Source: Verrucomicrobiota bacterium (lineage in GTDB: Bacteria; Verrucomicrobiota; Verrucomicrobiia; Limisphaerales; SIBE01). Taken from it: 64,000 nt of DNA. Position 1 is the first letter of the stretch. The number at the start of each line of letters is the position of its first letter. Below, in pieces: positions 61,279-64,000 of the stretch. A program made the translations under genes and the position numbers. The notes below the pieces were generated by a model, which ran no database searches, had not been told where the DNA came from, and saw only the letters and a program-made list of their open reading frames with translations. The stretch covers positions 13,801 to 77,800 of the forward strand of contig VHCZ01000004.1 in assembly GCA_016871535.1 (NCBI GenBank), in the 5' to 3' direction.

Positions 61279-62868
61279 CTACCGCCAGCGACAAATCCAT
61301 TCCCGCGCAGCGACGGTGACTTGCTCGCCGTTCAGCGTGACGGTCGTTTCCGCATCGTTGAAATTCTCGATGACCCAACTGTCGTCGCGGAACAAATAGA
61401 GCGCGACTTGATTCGGCGCTTGCAGGGACTGCTTGAACGGACGCAAGAGCGGTTCGCGGAGGGCGTTCAAGTCCTCTTGCGAGAGGCGAAGTAATGACTT
61501 GGGATCGCCCTGCAAGGGCAGGATACGCACGTTCGTGGCCGTCAACTTGACCTTGTCGCCGAGCTTCTTGGCCAGACCGTCGGTGAGCAGAACCGGTTTT
61601 CCGTCCGCGATGAATTTCGCGAGTTTGCCCGCGAAGTCCGTGTCTTTCAGCGCGTGCAGCGAGAAGAAAGCGGCGGGGGCGTTGGCGGGGAATTCATGGC
61701 AGGGCGCCAGAGGCAATCCCAGCATGCCCACAAAATCAAAGACGCGCGCCTCGTTTTCCGGATGGCTGTTCGGCGGCTTGTACGCGGCCAGGCCGATGGT
61801 TTCGCGGCTCCGAACCTCCTTTGCGACTCTCCACAGTTCGGGAATGTTTGCGCGCAACGCCTCGACGTTGCGCGGTCCCGTATCCCTCTGGAGACCGCCA
61901 TAGCAAAACAGCATCGATTCCCGCGCTCCGGCCAGCACCGTCTGGCGCGCTTGCTCGAGATAGGTCCGCTCAGTGGTGCCCAGCCAGTCGTACCAGCCGC
62001 CGCCGCACTTGTCGCCGCCGAGGCCGCCCAGCCACCGCATGATGAAGTAAGCCTCATACTGGACCGTGCCGCCCCAACGTTTGTCGGCGTAATCACGCGT
62101 CTCGGTTCCCACCCAGATGCGGTCGAAGTCCGCAGTCTCGCGCACGACTTCGTAGCCGCGTTCGTGGAAGCGATCGTACCACTGCGGGTATTTGATGATG
62201 AGCCGGGCTTTCGGGTTGATCTGCTTCGCGGCGGCCAGCACGCGGTCGCGGGAGAGACGCACCATGAGTTCGCAGCGGTAGGCTTCCCAGGTTTCAGCGT
62301 TCACCGGATAAGTTTTGTCACCGACCTTCACCCACTTTGCGCGGCGAGCCGCGTCGCATTCGGGACAGGCGCAGTCGGTGAACCAGAAATCGTCGATCAT
62401 GATTTCGTCGAACAGGCCGGCGGTGAATTCAAAGATCGACTGAAGTTTGTCTTGCGTGGCCAGATCGGTGAAGCAGGAGATGGGTTTCCATCCTGTGGAA
62501 GGCTTGCCCACCTGGGTCGTGGTCACACAACCGGAGACCTCGAATCCGGCTTCGCGGAACCGTTCCCTGGCGTTCTGAAGCGCATCCCGCTCCGCGTGAT
62601 AACCGTCCCGGAAAGACTCGAGATAGACCTTCGTGATGGCGGTCCGCTTGCACCAGTCGATGGCCGCGTGGAAGCCCTCGTCACGGGACAAATGGTTGCG
62701 CACGTCTTGCGCAGTGAAGAGCGTCGAGAACCGGTGCGTGGCTTCTTGGGCCTTCGCGAGTTCCCAGAGGGGCGGGTCGTCCGCGGCGCTGGCAGCGGCT
62801 TGGGCTGCCGATGGGGCCATGCCGCAGAAAACGGTGGTCACGAGAATGAGAGACAGGAGGTGATTCAT
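61279..62868 (-). CDS. Secreted hypothetical protein, possibly a TIM-barrel glycoside-hydrolase-like enzyme
   Basis: ATG at 62868. Signal MNHLLSLILVTTVFCGMAPSAAQA. 529 aa with alternating beta/alpha-like segments and a CACPEC motif. No confident family. Confidence 0.7.
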   Translation of the reverse strand: MNHLLSLILVTTVFCGMAPSAAQAAASAADDPPLWELAKAQEATHRFSTLFTAQDVRNHLSRDEGFHAAIDWCKRTAITKVYLESFRDGYHAERDALQNARERFREAGFEVSGCVTTTQVGKPSTGWKPISCFTDLATQDKLQSIFEFTAGLFDEIMIDDFWFTDCACPECDAARRAKWVKVGDKTYPVNAETWEAYRCELMVRLSRDRVLAAAKQINPKARLIIKYPQWYDRFHERGYEVVRETADFDRIWVGTETRDYADKRWGGTVQYEAYFIMRWLGGLGGDKCGGGWYDWLGTTERTYLEQARQTVLAGARESMLFCYGGLQRDTGPRNVEALRANIPELWRVAKEVRSRETIGLAAYKPPNSHPENEARVFDFVGMLGLPLAPCHEFPANAPAAFFSLHALKDTDFAGKLAKFIADGKPVLLTDGLAKKLGDKVKLTATNVRILPLQGDPKSLLRLSQEDLNALREPLLRPFKQSLQAPNQVALYLFRDDSWVIENFNDAETTVTLNGEQVTVAAREWICRWR

Positions 62869-62920
62869 AAGACTTCCAGCCCAGAGTAAGCGCTCACGTG
62901 CAGCCGATCCATTGACGTGA

Positions 62921-63259
62921 ATCAATGAGTGCCATTCCGATTGTCTTCCGGGTTTCAAGTTCGTCCGAATGGATTTCTTCTGGGGCGGCATCGAGCGCAA
63001 GCCGGGCGAGTACGATTGGGCCCCGTACGACGAATTGACGGCTAACCTGGAGAAACGAGGTCTTCGGGCGCTCTACATTCTCGATTACTCGAACCGGTTA
63101 TACGAGGAGACGGTCGTGAGCAAGAATCCGATCACCGGCCAGGAGCAGCGGGAGGTCGCCTCACCGCAGCACCCGGAGAGTGTTGCCGCATTCGCGCGCT
63201 GGGCCGCGGCCGCCGCGAAGCGATACCAGGGTCAGCGCATCCTCTGGGAAATCTGGAAC
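62921..63259 (+). pseudogene. GH5-like glycoside hydrolase remnant (both ends missing)
   Basis: GFKFVRMDFFWGGIERKPGEYDW...RILWEIWN matches the GH5 N-terminal half up to the WEIWNEP acid/base motif. The reading frame then runs into RepD. Confidence 0.5.
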
Positions 63260-63300
63260 GCGTGCGCTCCCCATCTGACTGAATGGACGAATTCTCTTAC

Positions 63301-63394
63301 GAACCTGATTCGACCACGGATTACACGGATCACACGGATCAGACCGCTACCATATCCGCGAAATCCGTGAAATCCGTGGTCAAGAAATCGGTTC
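63301..63394. repeat. RepD element (GAACCTGATTCGACCACGGATTACACGGAT...ATCCGTGAAATCCGTGGTCAAGAAATCGGTTC)
   Basis: 9-mer-based inverted arms, read directly. Confidence 0.75.
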
Positions 63395-63442
63395 AGTACC
63401 TTCTCGCCGGCAGGGATGCTGGCGCTCCCAGGACAGGCTGCG

Positions 63443-64000
63443 TTATCGCTTCTTCTCCCGCGCTCCCGGCTCCTTGGGGGACGAAGCCGGCGGCGCGAGC
63501 TTGGGGCCGAAGTGCACGGACGCCAACTCAAACCGCAGATGGTAAGTGCCGGCTTCCAGCTTGGTCTCGATTTTTCCCGCCACTTTGTGGAAGACGCGCA
63601 GCATCGCGTGGTTGTCCGCCAGCACATCCGCCGTGAAGCCGGTGATCCCGTTCTCCAGAGCGACCTTGCTCACGTACTGCAGGAGGAATGTCCCGATGCC
63701 GCGATGCTGATAGTCATCGTGAACGGTGATCGCGACCTCGGCTTCGTTGGCCGCGCCGTCCCCCATGTAACGCCCGACGCAAATCATCCGCTCCCGTCCT
63801 TCAAACGGAATCAGCCCCACGATGGCCATGTCTCTCCGGTAATCCAGCGTGACGAATTTTTGCACCTGCTCGTGAGACAAATGGCGGATCAGGGCGAAGT
63901 AGCGTTGCAGAATCGTCTGCTCCGAGTGCGAGTAGAAAAGTTCCCGGAGCAACTGCTCGTCCGTCGGTTGCACGGGCCGGAAAAAGACTCTCAGCCCGCC
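63443..64000 (-). CDS. GNAT acetyltransferase domain protein (N-terminal part beyond the right edge)
   Basis: Frame stays open from 64000 ([22 protein letters not shown]...). [14 protein letters not shown] is the acetyl-CoA-binding Q/RxxGxG/A motif. Resembles the C-terminal GNAT of Pat-like acyl-CoA synthetase/acetyltransferase proteins. Confidence 0.8.
   Translation of the reverse strand, partial: GGLRVFFRPVQPTDEQLLRELFYSHSEQTILQRYFALIRHLSHEQVQKFVTLDYRRDMAIVGLIPFEGRERMICVGRYMGDGAANEAEVAITVHDDYQHRGIGTFLLQYVSKVALENGITGFTADVLADNHAMLRVFHKVAGKIETKLEAGTYHLRFELASVHFGPKLAPPASSPKEPGAREKKR

Overview
High-GC bacterial chromosome fragment. The gene content points to the PVC superphylum, probably Verrucomicrobiota or Planctomycetota. 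This rests on two PSCyt2/PSD1 (DUF1549/DUF1553) genes, two DUF1501 genes, a DUF1592-family giant with a DUF1552 partner, a PVC-type CxxCH heme-binding dehydrogenase and a DUF1559-like prepilin protein. Housekeeping genes are interleaved: trpB, trpF, moaA, tail-specific protease, bis-MGD molybdoenzyme, transaldolase, miaE, UvrD/PcrA helicase, class I FBP aldolase, PepF and a DUF58/BatA pair. A heavy-metal RND efflux operon spans 52.8-60.1 kb. Small accessory modules are wedged between conserved genes: a retropepsin-like protease with a small partner ORF, a two-gene type II R-M, an AbiEii-like pair, HicBA inside the efflux operon, and a RelE/ParE-like toxin with a downstream partner. A decayed TIR gene and a GH5-like remnant are also present. 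The most striking feature is a very heavy load of palindromic repeat families (called RepA to RepG here), heptamer and 9-mer arrays, and a 270-bp MITE in three copies. Many of these repeats sit in frame inside otherwise conserved CDSs. No rRNA, tRNA or CRISPR array was found. All family calls come from motif recognition by eye; no database search was possible.
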